DNA of 63,802 bases from Fonticula alba ATCC 38817 (Eukaryota > Protista > Nucleariida), in the NCBI GenBank assembly GCA_000388065.2, contig KB932204.1, one strand, 5' to 3'. Shown here in pieces: positions 12,750 through 23,979 of this stretch (position 1 is its first letter; each line of letters begins with the position of its first letter). The position numbers and the translations under genes were made by a program. Below the pieces are notes generated by a model. That model ran no database searches and was not told the DNA's origin. It saw only the letters and a list, made by a program, of their open reading frames with translations.

Positions 12750-12885
12750 GAGGCATGTGTCGAGAGGGGGGGATCTGCCCCCCATTTATGGAATATGCCG
12801 GGCAAGCCCCCCTCTTGCCCCCGGAGCCGGGCCAGCACACAAAGCGCCCCACTTCTCGGCGCCCAGCCACAGCCCACTCGGCTGC

Positions 12886-12887
<2 letters not shown>

Positions 12888-12940
<53 letters not shown>
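12888..12940 (+). repeat. (GT)n microsatellite in the PhoD 3' region
   Basis: Read directly from the sequence. Confidence 0.9.
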
Positions 12941-12945
<5 letters not shown>

Positions 12946-12960
12946 GTGTGCCGGGACAGA

Positions 12961-12966
12961 AATAAA
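12961..12966 (+). promoter_or_regulatory. Candidate polyadenylation signal AATAAA for PhoD
   Basis: AATAAA about 210 nt after the stop codon in otherwise GC-rich DNA. No transcript evidence. Confidence 0.35.
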
Positions 12967-14231
12967 ACGAACAAAGTCTCCCCTCCTCCCCTGTGTGCCC
13001 GCCGCGAGGGGCCCCGCCCGAGCGAAGTGCGGCCTCCGACGCCCGCCACCACGATCAGACCCCTCCGATGGCAGATGGCCCAGCGACATGGGCTTTGCAT
13101 TCTTGATGTGGTCACGTGCCGATATTGTAACAGTCACGCTCGGTCCTCGTTTCCCAGCGCCGCCCGCCGCCCGCCGTGCGCCTGCGCGTGCGCGCGCAGA
13201 CACACACTGGTTGAGTGCACCGCCGGCATGCGCGAAAAGCCNNNNNNNNNNTGGTTGAGTGCACCGCCGGCATGCGCGAAAAGCCGGTGGGGGAGGGTGG
13301 CAGGCTGGGGGGGGGGGGGGGGGGGGGGGGGCCGGGCGCGCCCCGACGACACCCATGCGTTTCCCTCCTGCCCACTTTCGCGCGGCAGACCACCGGCGAG
13401 AAACACGGACCCGAGATGCTGGCACTAGATTTGACCGGGCCACGCCCATGCCCTGAGGCCACGGGAGAGGGGGGGGGACCACCACCCGGAGGTGTCGCCG
13501 GGCGGCGGGGACCGGCGGCGGCCGGCGTGAAAAGCGGCGTTCCGAGGAAACGGCGCCCACCGGCCTGGGGATGCGATGGCAGCCCACCCCGGTCGGCCGT
13601 TGCCGTGGCGGTTTGGGGATGCTTCGCGGCTCGGCAGCGTGGATGTGCGTGGGGCCGAGCCGAATGCGCACCGGTTCCCTGCGCGCTCCGGCTCTAGCGG
13701 CCCAGCTGGGTGGATGGCGGTCGGACATGGGCGCACGCGAAATACCGCATCCTGCCAGGGCCCCACCCCGCCCCCTCGCCCCCGGGCTCTGCGTGGCCCC
13801 CACCTCGCAGCCCGGTGAGATCTCACGGCAGCTTCTCACGGCGGACACGGGCGCAGACCGGCCCACGCACGCCTCCCCCACGCACGCATATCCGCAGGCC
13901 CTCCGACGAGACCCTCAGTTGATCGGAACGGCCCCTCGGAGTTGGTCGGGCTCTGGCATGGGCTTCGCGGCGCGGCCTTCGACACGGGCCCTTGCTCCGA
14001 TCCGTGCCACTCGAAATGCCGACCCCCCGCCGGCCCCCACTCCCCCCCGGCAAACGTACCAGACCAGCGCGACGGGCATCGAGGACCCGGAACTCGTCGC
14101 TTGCGCGCCCGATGCGCGCTTTTCGGACCCCACTGTCCCGGGCCCCGGCTACTCACCCGTCAGACATGCTGGCCCTCACCCACCCCTTTCCCCCTCCCCT
14201 TTCCCCCCATCCTCCCTCTCCCCAGCACACA

Positions 14232-17200
14232 ATGTCTTCGCCCCCGCCACCTGGCCCCGGGGCTATCTTCTCCCCGACGCATCCCTTTGCCGCCGGGCCG
14301 GGCACCGGCGGGCCAGTCTTCTCGCCGGCGGGCCCCATCGGCACCGTGACCCCGGTCACAACACACCCCTTCTCCACGGGGACCGGTGTCCATGCACCGA
14401 GCAGCTTCGGCATGCATGGCCCGGGTGCCGGTCCGGCCGCGCACCATGCCTCGACGCCTCAGCCGCACCCGGCCCATGGGGCGCCCCCGACGCCGGTCGC
14501 GTCGCCTCCCTCGAGCACCGCGACGTCGGTCGCCACAAGCGGGGCTTCCTCGACGGCCGGGTCGCCGGGCATCCTGGCACCCTCCGAGCCGCGGGCCGAG
14601 CTGTCGCTGCCGAAGCCGGCCGACCCGGGCCCCGGAGCGGTGCCCCCTCCCCCGCCGGCTCTGATCCAAGCCTGCCAGGCCGGGGACATCGACCTGGTGG
14701 AGGAGCTCCTGGCCACCGGGCGGGCACATCCGGCCGACCGGAACCCGGAGGACGGCACCACCGCCCTGCACTGGGCCGCGCTCAATGGCCACCGGCGGAT
14801 TTGCGAGCTGCTGGTGGCTCGCGGCGGCCCGGGCGTGGTCAATGTCTCGGGCGGCAGTGCCGAAATGACTCCCCTGCATTGGGCCGTGCAGCGGGGCCAC
14901 ACGGACGTCGTGCAATACCTGATCGAGCATGCGGGGGCCAATCACCGGCTGACCGATTTGAAGGGCTTCAATGCCCTGCACATGGCCGCGCAATTTGGCC
15001 GGCCCATGATGCTGCTGCTGCTGCTGCGCTTTGGCCTGGCATTGGAGTCGCGCGATCACAACGGCCGCACGCCGCTCATGTGGGCGGCCTATGCGCCGGA
15101 TCCCACCGGGCCCAGCCGACTGGTGGCCACCTCGGCCCAGGACCAGCTCCACTGTTTGGTGGCCCTGCTGCGTCTCGGGGCCGATGTCTATGCCACCGAT
15201 GAGCAGGGATACAGCGCCCTGCATTGGGCGGTCACGCGCGGCCGGCAGAATGCCTGCCGGGTTCTCCTCGAAGCCGGGGCCGATCCCTTCTTGAAGACGG
15301 CCCGGCCGCCGAAGGCCGCCGCCGCTGCCGGAGCCGACCCGCTGCTCTTGCGCTCGGCCATGGAGATCGCCCGGGAGAAGGGCCACGTCGATTGGTTCCA
15401 GAGCCTGACCTCGCGCTACACCTCGCGCCATGTGCTGGCGGCCGCCAGCCCGGAGCGTTCCCCCTCGGCCCGGCCCAGCGGAAAGTCTCTGGCCCAGAGC
15501 AACATCCACATTGGCCATGTGCTGCAGCCGCACCATGCGCGCTACATGTCGCCGGACATGCTGATGGTCTACTGCGTGCCGTATGTCTTCCTCGGGGCGT
15601 GCTTCTACATGTTCACTGCCACCTTCTGGCCGGTGGCCCTGTTGCTGTCCACCGTCCTGGGTTACCTCTTTTGGCTGTTGGTCAAGGTACGATGCCCCTC
15701 GCGGGCCGGGCAAGAGGCAGGCCGGATGTCGCGCCCCGGTGTACTTTTCGAGTTTTCGCACTTTGCCTGCTCGTTCGGGGCTTTCTCCTGCGCCGGGTTG
15801 CTCGCTGGCTCGCTCTCCCTCTCTCCCTCTCTCCCTCTCTCCCATCGCCACACGACTGACTCCAAATGTGACGTACAGGGCCCGGCCACGCGTGTCGGTG
15901 GTCTCCACCGGACGCCGATTTTGATTTCGGTCTTCCATGCGTCACTCGTTTATGACTCCTTTGGCCTGCTGTTCATGGCCAGCGACGGTACGCACTCGCG
16001 CCTGGGTGGGCATTTGCTTCCTCTCTCTTTGATTTTTCGTCCCTGCTTGGCTCGGCTGCCTTCCCCCGGAGCTGCCTCTCCTCTCCGCCGTATTCCGGGC
16101 GCTCGGTACCCATCACGGGGGAAGGTCGTCCTGCTGCCGCATTTCCCGTGCCCCACCCCTCACCGTGAGTCCCGCGCGCGCCTCCCCTTCCAGAATATCC
16201 TCCCTACATTCCGCTGTACATCATCACCACCTTGATCGCCATCACGGGCTTCATCATGTGTGTGAAGGTGTGGTTCTCGGACCCAGGCGTGGTGCCCTTC
16301 CACAATAGCGTGTCGGACATTCTCGCCGTACGACTTGGTGATCTGCTTCTATGCCCTCGGCCATCTCCACCCGCTCACCCTCGTCGCTGCATCTCTCTCT
16401 CTCTGTCTCCCCCCTTTCTCCCCTGCAGGACATTTCTCAGCTGGTTTCCGCGCGGCGCTTCGACCGGCAAAACTACTGCCTCACATGCATGGTGTCGCGG
16501 CCGCAGCGCTCGAAGCACGATCGCGAGACAAACCGCTGTGTCGAGCGCTTCGACCACTACTGCCCGTGGGTGCATAATGTTGTCGGCCGGGACAACCACC
16601 GGCTTTTCCTCATCTTCCTCTTCCTGATCAGCATCTCCATGGTCCTTTATGTCGTTTGTATCTATAAGGGTGCGTTCCCTCTCTCTCTCTCTGTCTCTCC
16701 CCCCCTCTCCCCCTCTCCCGTCCTCCCACATACCACCATCCCTCGGCCCTGCACGTACGCACCTATCTGTACTCACTCGCATATCGGCATGCATGATCGT
16801 GTTCCTCCATATACACGCACACACACACATGCAGTTCTCTCCAACGCGCCCGAAGGCCTCTTCCTGCCGGAGCACACCCCCTCTGCCTGCCCTCTCGGGA
16901 GCCGGGCCTGTGCTGTGGTCAGCCGCAACGCCTTCCTCACGGTGACCGGCGTTTGGACGGGTGTCAACTCCCTCTGGGTTTTGTTGACCTTGGCCACTCA
17001 GTTGAATGCCATCCTGCGCGGGCTGACCGTCAACGAGGTGATCAACTTCAGCCGGTACTCCTATCTTCACCTGGAAGAGCCGGCCTCCGGAGGTGCCGGC
17101 CGCGCTGGTGCCAGCAGCAAGTCCGCTTGCGGGAGTGGCAGCGGGTCGGCCAGCGGCGGTCCCGGTGCCGACCATCACTCGGCCCAGAAGTGCGGCTCGC

Positions 17201-17512
17201 CGGGCCACTCGCATGGCGACCATGGCGACCACTCGCATGGTGACTCCCCGTGCGGGTCGAAGTCCAGCTCCTGGAACAACGCCCTCAATCGAGGCATCTT
17301 GCGGAACCTGTGCGTGTTGTCGCTGGCCGGCGTGGGCTCCGATTTTGTGTCCTTGGGAACTCTTTCTCTTCCTCCCTGGTCATTGCCACTCTGACACCCC
17401 CCTGTACCGGTCTTTCTCCCCCTCCCCTCTCCTCCCGGTACGCAGCATCGGCTTTTTCATGATGTCCACATACGAGACCTCACGCGATGTGGAGCTCGGC
17501 AAGCTGGCGTGA
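14232..17512 (+). CDS. AKR1: Ankyrin-repeat DHHC-family palmitoyltransferase (Akr1/ZDHHC17-like, DHYC variant)
   Basis: join(14232..15686,15879..15987,16194..16327,16429..16669,16835..17309,17446..17512). Ankyrin repeats TTALHWAA, TPLHWAV, NALHMAA, TPLMWAA, SALHWAV. TM segments follow. Cys-rich domain YCLTCMVSRPQRSKHDRETNRCVERFDHYCPWVHNVVG. TTxE-like LTVNE motif. Confidence 0.93.
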
Positions 17513-18024
17513 GAGACGGATGGGGCCGGAGGCCGGGGGCGTGGGGGAAGATTGCTCCCCCCCCCCCCCCCTCCTGAGCCCTGCACACCCTTCATTCGGT
17601 CGCCATCATCCACATGCCAACGGAGTAGACAAGACCGTTGCGCCCCGGGCCGAGGTTCAAATTTCAAAAATATATCTGTTGCAGATTGTTGCCCAACCGT
17701 GCAGGGGGGGGGGGGGGGGCGGGGAGGGGGGACGCGAAAGGCCAGGTCAGGGTGGTGGCCCAGGGCGCAGGGTGCCGGAGACTCGAGAGGATGCACAATG
17801 GGTTTGGGAACCCAGGTGGGATGGCCGTTTAGATCACCCCTCTCCACTCCTCCAGTTCCCTCAGCTGGTCTTCTTCATTGCACTCCGCTTCGCTGCTCCC
17901 CTCCCCCCCCCCCTCCTTCTTGCTCCTCCCCTTCGGCCCTCTCGCCTGCATCCCCCTCCGCCGTTGGCCGTCATCTCTCCCCTCGCCCCCGGGTTACGGC
18001 GCTTCCTCGCCCCATCGCTTGGCC

Positions 18025-19958
18025 ATGGACATCGAGCGCATCGTGCGCCAGCTTCAACTGCACGTCCGTGACCGGGCGCCGCAGATCGTCTCCAAGGCGC
18101 AAGAGGTTTTTCGCCTGTCCTCGACGGCCAAGTTCAGCGGCAGCGCGGTGGCCTCGCGCCCCGTGGCTTGTGTGCAGATTGCCTGTGACATGTGCGCCCC
18201 TGCATGCGCGTGTGTGCTTGCCATCTGGAGCGGGGGGGAGGGGTGTTCCTTGACGGGCGGGGCTGCTGTTGGGGCTTTCTTTCTTTTTTTTTATTTTCCA
18301 CTGGCTGATATTGACCTCCACTGTCTCTTCCACCCGGCATGAAACATGCAGCTTGGACGAGCCGATCGATAAGTCGGCGGCCACCCGGATTTCAGGATCC
18401 TCATCCAAGATCTACAACCGGCTGATAGCCCGCATTAGGGACTTGGTTGGGGCATCGTGCGTTCGCCAGCCTGGCCGTCGTCACATCTGTGCCCGCTTGG
18501 ACTCCTCGATGGGACTGACCTGTGTGCCCCTCCAACCCCAAGGCGAACGCTCCGTCTGAGCGACCTGTGTGTCCGATATAACGCGCCCCACTTACTGGAG
18601 CGAGCCAATGAGATCTTGCAGTTTTTGAACCAGTCGTCCACCGGGCCGGCGGCCCCGTCGACAAGTGAGGATACCCCGGCCCCGGCCGCTGTCGGCAGCT
18701 ACTCCGAGGAAAGCTCGGCCGTGACTTCCTCCCGGGTGGCGGCCTCTTTCCTGGCGGCCTGCCGCTTTCCGGGGCCGGACCACCAGCCTGTGAGCGTGTC
18801 CCGGTGGTCGGTTGAGCGCATTTGCGATGTGGATCGCCGTGTTTTCGGCTCGGTGTGTGCCTCTTTTTTTTTTCGTGCCGGCGACCGGCCAGCCCGTGTG
18901 CCATTGGCTTTACTAACCCGTTGTCTCTGCGCTTGACGGGGGGGCGGGGCAAAACCCCCAACCAGACCCTCGATGCGGCCTTCTCTGTGGCCGATCACCT
19001 GGACCAGATGGCTCGGCTGGCGGCAGCCGGGACGAGTGCCCCGACCGCCACGCCGGCCCCGGACGCCGGGTCTGGGGACCTGGCCGCGGGGGGCGCCCCA
19101 GCACGTGCACCGGCCTCGGCCCCTGCGCCGGAACCTGCGTCGCGCGCGGACATGCGCGAGCGTGAGCTGGCCGCCCAGCTGCGCATGGATGTGGGGCTAA
19201 CGCCGGCGCCCTCGAACACCGCCCTGTCGGCCAAGGGCCCCTCGGAGGCTGGGGCCCCCGGCTCCGGTCCGACCGATGACCCGACCACGGCTGGCATGTT
19301 GGCCAGCCTCACCGGGGCCGGTGTCCCGCTGGCTGCCAGGACGGCGGCCGCGCTGGCCGCCGAGCAGGAACGCCTTCGGTCGCTGGTGGCCACGCAGCTG
19401 GCTCCGCCACCAGCCCGGCGCGGCCGTGGTCGCCCTCCCGGGTCCCTGAACAAGAAGCANNNNNNNNNNNNNNNNNNNNNNNNNNNNNNNNNNNNNNNNN
19501 NNNNNNNNNNNNNGCTGGCTGCCAGGACGGCGGCCGCGCTGGCCGCCGAGCAGGAACGCCTTCGGTCGCTGGTGGCCACGCAGCTGGCTCCGCCACCAGC
19601 CCGGCGCGGCCGTGGTCGCCCTCCCGGGTCCCTGAACAAGAAGCCCTCGCTGCGACTGCAGCAACAGCAGCAGCAGGAGCGCGCCATCCGATCGGGCGCC
19701 GCCCTGGCCGCGGCGCTGATGGCCAACCTGCCGGACGGCTGGTACATCCGGAGTACTCTGCCCCGGCGTCGGCCCCTCGGGGCACCTGCACCTCCGGCAG
19801 ATCCGCTGAATGGCCGCATTGAGCGAGCCTACCTGGCTTGGTATGCGTCGGTGGTCCATGGTCCGCCGGCTGATCTTGACGACCCCGCCGGCACACACGC
19901 GTCTCCCAAGCCGGAGCTGCCGGGACCGACCTTGGAGGCCATCCCGCCAGGGAGGTAG
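18025..19958 (+). CDS. ORC6: Origin recognition complex subunit 6 with extended C-terminus containing an AT-hook
   Basis: join(18025..18191,18352..18456,18543..18852,18966..19958), spanning N-gap 19460-19513. KAQEVFRLS..RPVACVQIAC, DKSAATRISG, LSDLCVRYN..ERANEIL and VAASFLAAC follow the TFIIB-like ORC6 pattern. Branch points GACTGAC (18513) and TACTAAC (18911). Confidence 0.8.
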
Positions 19959-20137
19959 CCCCTTGTCGGTCCACCGTGCTCCTCCTCCCTCTCCCGGAAT
20001 AGACTTCGCCGGCAGCGAAGAACTTCACACTGGCGGCCCCTGGCTGAGCGTTGCCTTTTCTTCGACACACCGGGGTGGTGTATTTTTGTGGCATGTATGC
20101 CGCGAAAGGGAGCGAAGGGGGGGGGGGGGGGGGGGGG

Positions 20138-23100
20138 TCACCGCTCGAAGTGCTCGACAACCAGACCAATGAGCTGGGGCTTGGTCATGCGGGGGTGCTC
20201 CACGCCGATGCTTTCGAGGAATTGCTTGAGCATGGGCACGGTTAGCTTGCTCAGCGTGCCGGCGCGCCAGTGCTCCTCCACCGATGCGGGCTCCGCCGTG
20301 GCGCGGGTCCTTTTGGCCGTGGGGGCGGCGTCGACAGCGGCGGCGCGCCGGCGCCCGGCCCCGGTCGCAGGCGGCACCTGTAGCGAGGCATTGGCCAGCT
20401 GGTACTGGTCCAGGTGCTTGCTCAGGGTACGTAGTGCCGGACCGGCCAGCTGCTCGATGGCCTCCAGGGCCGGGCGTGTGCTATCATGCGTAACCTCGAC
20501 GGATGTCTGGCCCAGGGCCAGTGCATGCAAAGTCGAGTAGAGCAGAGTATTGGCTGCCGGCATCGAGCGAGAGTCAGTCGACAGCCCAACCGGGAGGAGG
20601 GCAGGGGAGGGGGGGGGGGGCGGGGAACACTCCGGCGGCACGTCAAGTAGGATGGCAAAAGGGGGGGGGGGGTACGCACCAGGATTGGGGAAGTCATCAA
20701 TGGAGAAGGTCCCCTGGATGAGGCTGTCAGCCACCGTGGCCACGGCCGACGCGACGGCCTCCTCCTCTATGGGTAGGGGGGAAAGGGGAGGAATCAGAAT
20801 ACGATCGGGAGGGGGGAAAGAAGCCGGGCCAGGAGGCGCAATTCCCAGGCAGACGCCAGACGTACCGGGCACCGGGGCCACGGCCTGCACCGGGCGGACA
20901 TCCTCCAGATAAGGCAGAGATGCAAAGTAGAAGCCACACCGGTCGGCTGGCAGGCCTCCGGGCGGGGCCGGGATTAGCAGCGCCAGCGCCGGGGGGGCTG
21001 TGCGTGTCGAATACAGCACCACGGCAGCCAGGCCACGGGCAGCCGTGCGCCGGAGCAGGGCCGCCAGTACCGCATCGGACCCGGCCACGTCGGCCTCGCA
21101 GCCGGTCAGGAACTGGGTGGCCCGGTACAACAGTGACATGTCCACCTCGGCCAATGGCCGGAAGCCAAGCAACGCCAGCCCGGTGCCCAGCTGCCCCGAG
21201 CCAACCAGGGGGGCCTGGATGCCTGCCGGGGCGGAGGCCTTGGCCGGGCCGCGCGCATGTCCGGCATAGTGCGCCAGTAGGACGGACCGCAAAGGCCGGT
21301 CCACGTACTGGGTGATTCCCGGCCCGGGGATCAGCAGCCGCGACCCGGGGTCCGTTTCGTCGGATCCGACGACCAGGGTCCGCTGGGCATCCCGCGCGGC
21401 CACCACCTCGCGGACTCCCGTGTCAGGGTTCTTTTGTTGTTGGCGGTGGTGTTGTGGGACATGTCCATTGGGCTTTGTCAGTGGAATGCCTCTTCCATGG
21501 CCAGGCGTGAATTCGGTACAAGCACGGCGCAAGCACGGCGCAAGCACGGCGCAAGCACGGCGCCCGGGTGGAGGCCAGTCAACACGCACCGTGATATGAT
21601 ATCGACTCTGATTGACGACCGGCTCATTGGTTCGCATGTCCACATACTCATAGGTTGGCTTCCGACCTGGCGTCAACAACGGGTATCTGCATGTCCGGCG
21701 GGTGGAGGGGGGGGGGATTTTACGGGGAGGTGGATGGGTGTGATTTGCGAGAACCGCCAGGGGAAGCAACGCGCATGGAGCCGAATGCGCATGGCAGCCA
21801 TGTTGCAAAGAGGAAGGGGAGGGGGGGGGGGGCAAATAGTGTGAACATGGGGCAAAGGGGGCAGTGGTCAGGCAAAAATGCTTTGTAGGCGTACAGCTGC
21901 ACCGAAATGCATACCGACGGTGACAGAACCAACGGCAGCGGCGGGGAGAATCCCTTGCGGCCCTGGCGCTGGCGAATGGCCACCAGCATGCGTTCGATAC
22001 GCTCCGGCACGGAGACCATGCCCGGAGCGCCGGGCTCCGGCCCGACTGGTGCCTCGAGGAAGGTCCCATAGAAGGCGCCGAAGTCAAAGGCCTCGCCCCC
22101 GGGCGGGTCGAGTGGCATCAATTCCAGGGCGATGCCCAGCTGGGCCAGATCGGCTGCTCGGATGGCTGCCTCGCGATCGAGACGAGCCTCTTGAGCCCGG
22201 TCGCCCACCGGCGCATGCGGCCGAGGATCATTCGTGAAGAGGAGCACCCGCTGCCGGCCGAGACGCCGGGTGGCCGATGCCCGGCTGAACAGCCGCCCGC
22301 AGGCATCCAGCACCCGGGCAAGCGGCATGCACCCTGGCTGGGATCCCTGCCCGGCCTCGGTCAGTGGGGGGAACTCCTGTTCGAAGCGAGACCGGGCCCC
22401 GGTGCCCGGGGCACACCCAGAACCGGCGGTGCTGGCCTGAAGGAGCGAGAGAAAGGCCCCGCCAAGCATGGAGGAGCCGGACTGCGCCAGGAGACTGTCC
22501 CCAGCGAGGCGAGCAGGGCTGGACAGCGCATCGCCAGGGGCCGGCAGCTTTGCCGGCCGCTCGGCCCCCTCGTCGGTCAACAGGGACTCCAGTCGGCGAA
22601 TGCGCGTCACATCCGCCACATCCAGGTCCAGCAAGACCGCGGCACCGGAATCCGCGCCAACATCCTCCGAGGACCGGGCGCCTTCCGGGGCTTGTGTATT
22701 GAAAAGAAGGACCCCAGCCAGGTCATTGGGTGCCGAGGAAATGCTGTCGCGAATGACCCACAGAGCGCAGAGAAGCGCGTTGTGGGCTCCCGCCGGGGTG
22801 CCCATGCGCATGGTTGGGCCGCAGTCGACCGCAAAGATGGTCGCGTCAGCTCGATTGAGCTGTGTGCCGGCAGCCAGGGAGCGGGGGGAGAGGGGTCAGT
22901 TGCCTGGCAAGCATCATGCCGACCCCCAGTAGGGCAAGATCAGAGGGGGTGTACCTCGCTGGCGGAACGCCCCTCGCCCGGGAGCTCGTCAGCGTCATCG
23001 TCCGCATCACCGGTCTGAAAGCTGGTGGCCACATTTTCCACCCGAAGGACAGAATAGAAGCTGGCTCTGCTGGGGGCCGTGGCGTCGGAGGTTTGGATAG

Positions 23101-23194
23101 CTGCCACGTCCACCTGTGCCGGGACGGCAAAGTCCCAGTCAGCATCGAAGTCACCCTCATCCCCGACCGGGGGATCTGCCCAGAACCCATCCAT
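20138..23194 (-). CDS. KU70: Ku70 (ATP-dependent DNA helicase II subunit 1; NHEJ)
   Basis: complement(join(20138..20553,20680..21430,21590..21686,21895..22859,22955..23194)). vWA start DATIFAVDCGPTM, DLAGVLLFNT, RVLLFTNDPRPH, FDFGAFY. Core LALLGFRPL, GFYFASLPYLEDVR, FSIDDFPNP. C-terminal SAP domain GTLSKLTVPMLKQFL..KPQLI. Confidence 0.93.
21519..21562 (+). repeat. Four exact tandem copies of the 11-mer CAAGCACGGCG in Ku70 intron 3
   Basis: Read directly from the sequence. Confidence 0.9.
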
Positions 23195-23979
23195 CCTGCC
23201 GATCAAGACGTGTGTGTGGGGGGGGGTATGGTCGAAAGAAAGAGGGGGGGGGGAGAAAGCGGGGGGAAAGAGAGAAAGAAAGAGGGGGGGAGAAAGCGGG
23301 GGGAAAGAGAGAAAGAAAGGGCAGGGCGAGGGGGGATTTCATGGGGAATGGCTTGCAGGGAGGCTGGCCCGCATGCACCGTGGCCCGAGATGGCTATGCT
23401 CTCCCCGCTACAGCCCCCCCCCCCCCCCCCTGCCCCCGTCCCGGCCTCGATCGCGAAAGTGCACGGTAACGAGGAATTTAAATAGGCGCTCTACGTTGGC
23501 ACACTGGAAGCGCCACCGAGCAAGTTTTCGTGGGTGTATTGGCGCCGCTCGTCGGGAAGAGTCCCGCGTGTTGTTGCGCGGTGGGGATTGTGGGGGGCGG
23601 GAGGGGGGACATAGCGCTGCTCGATCGGCGAAATCCGCACGCAGTGGTCTTGCCCACAAGGAGGGCCGCAACACATCTCGCCATCCCCGACACAACATCA
23701 ATGTACAGGCCTGACGGGAAAAAAACGTCCCGAAAGAGCCTGGCCCCCTCGAAGTGTGCATTTCTAAGGGAAGTGGGGGCGTGTGTGCGTGCGAGTGTGT
23801 TTGTGTGCACTACGTCTGTTTGAATGCCGCGTCCCAGCCTCTCTCTCTCTCCCTCTTTCTCGCGTCCTCTCTATCTCTAGCATACACCCACACACGGCGC
23901 AGGGCGAAGCAGCAAAGCCGGAGGGCCCCTCCGCCGGGACGGTGGCCGACACGGCGGCTGGCTGGTGCCAGTCGGGGCC

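Noticed and set aside
13208-13285. 34-bp direct repeat flanking a 10-N gap
   Set aside because: Typical contig-overlap scaffolding artefact, not a target-site duplication or biological repeat.
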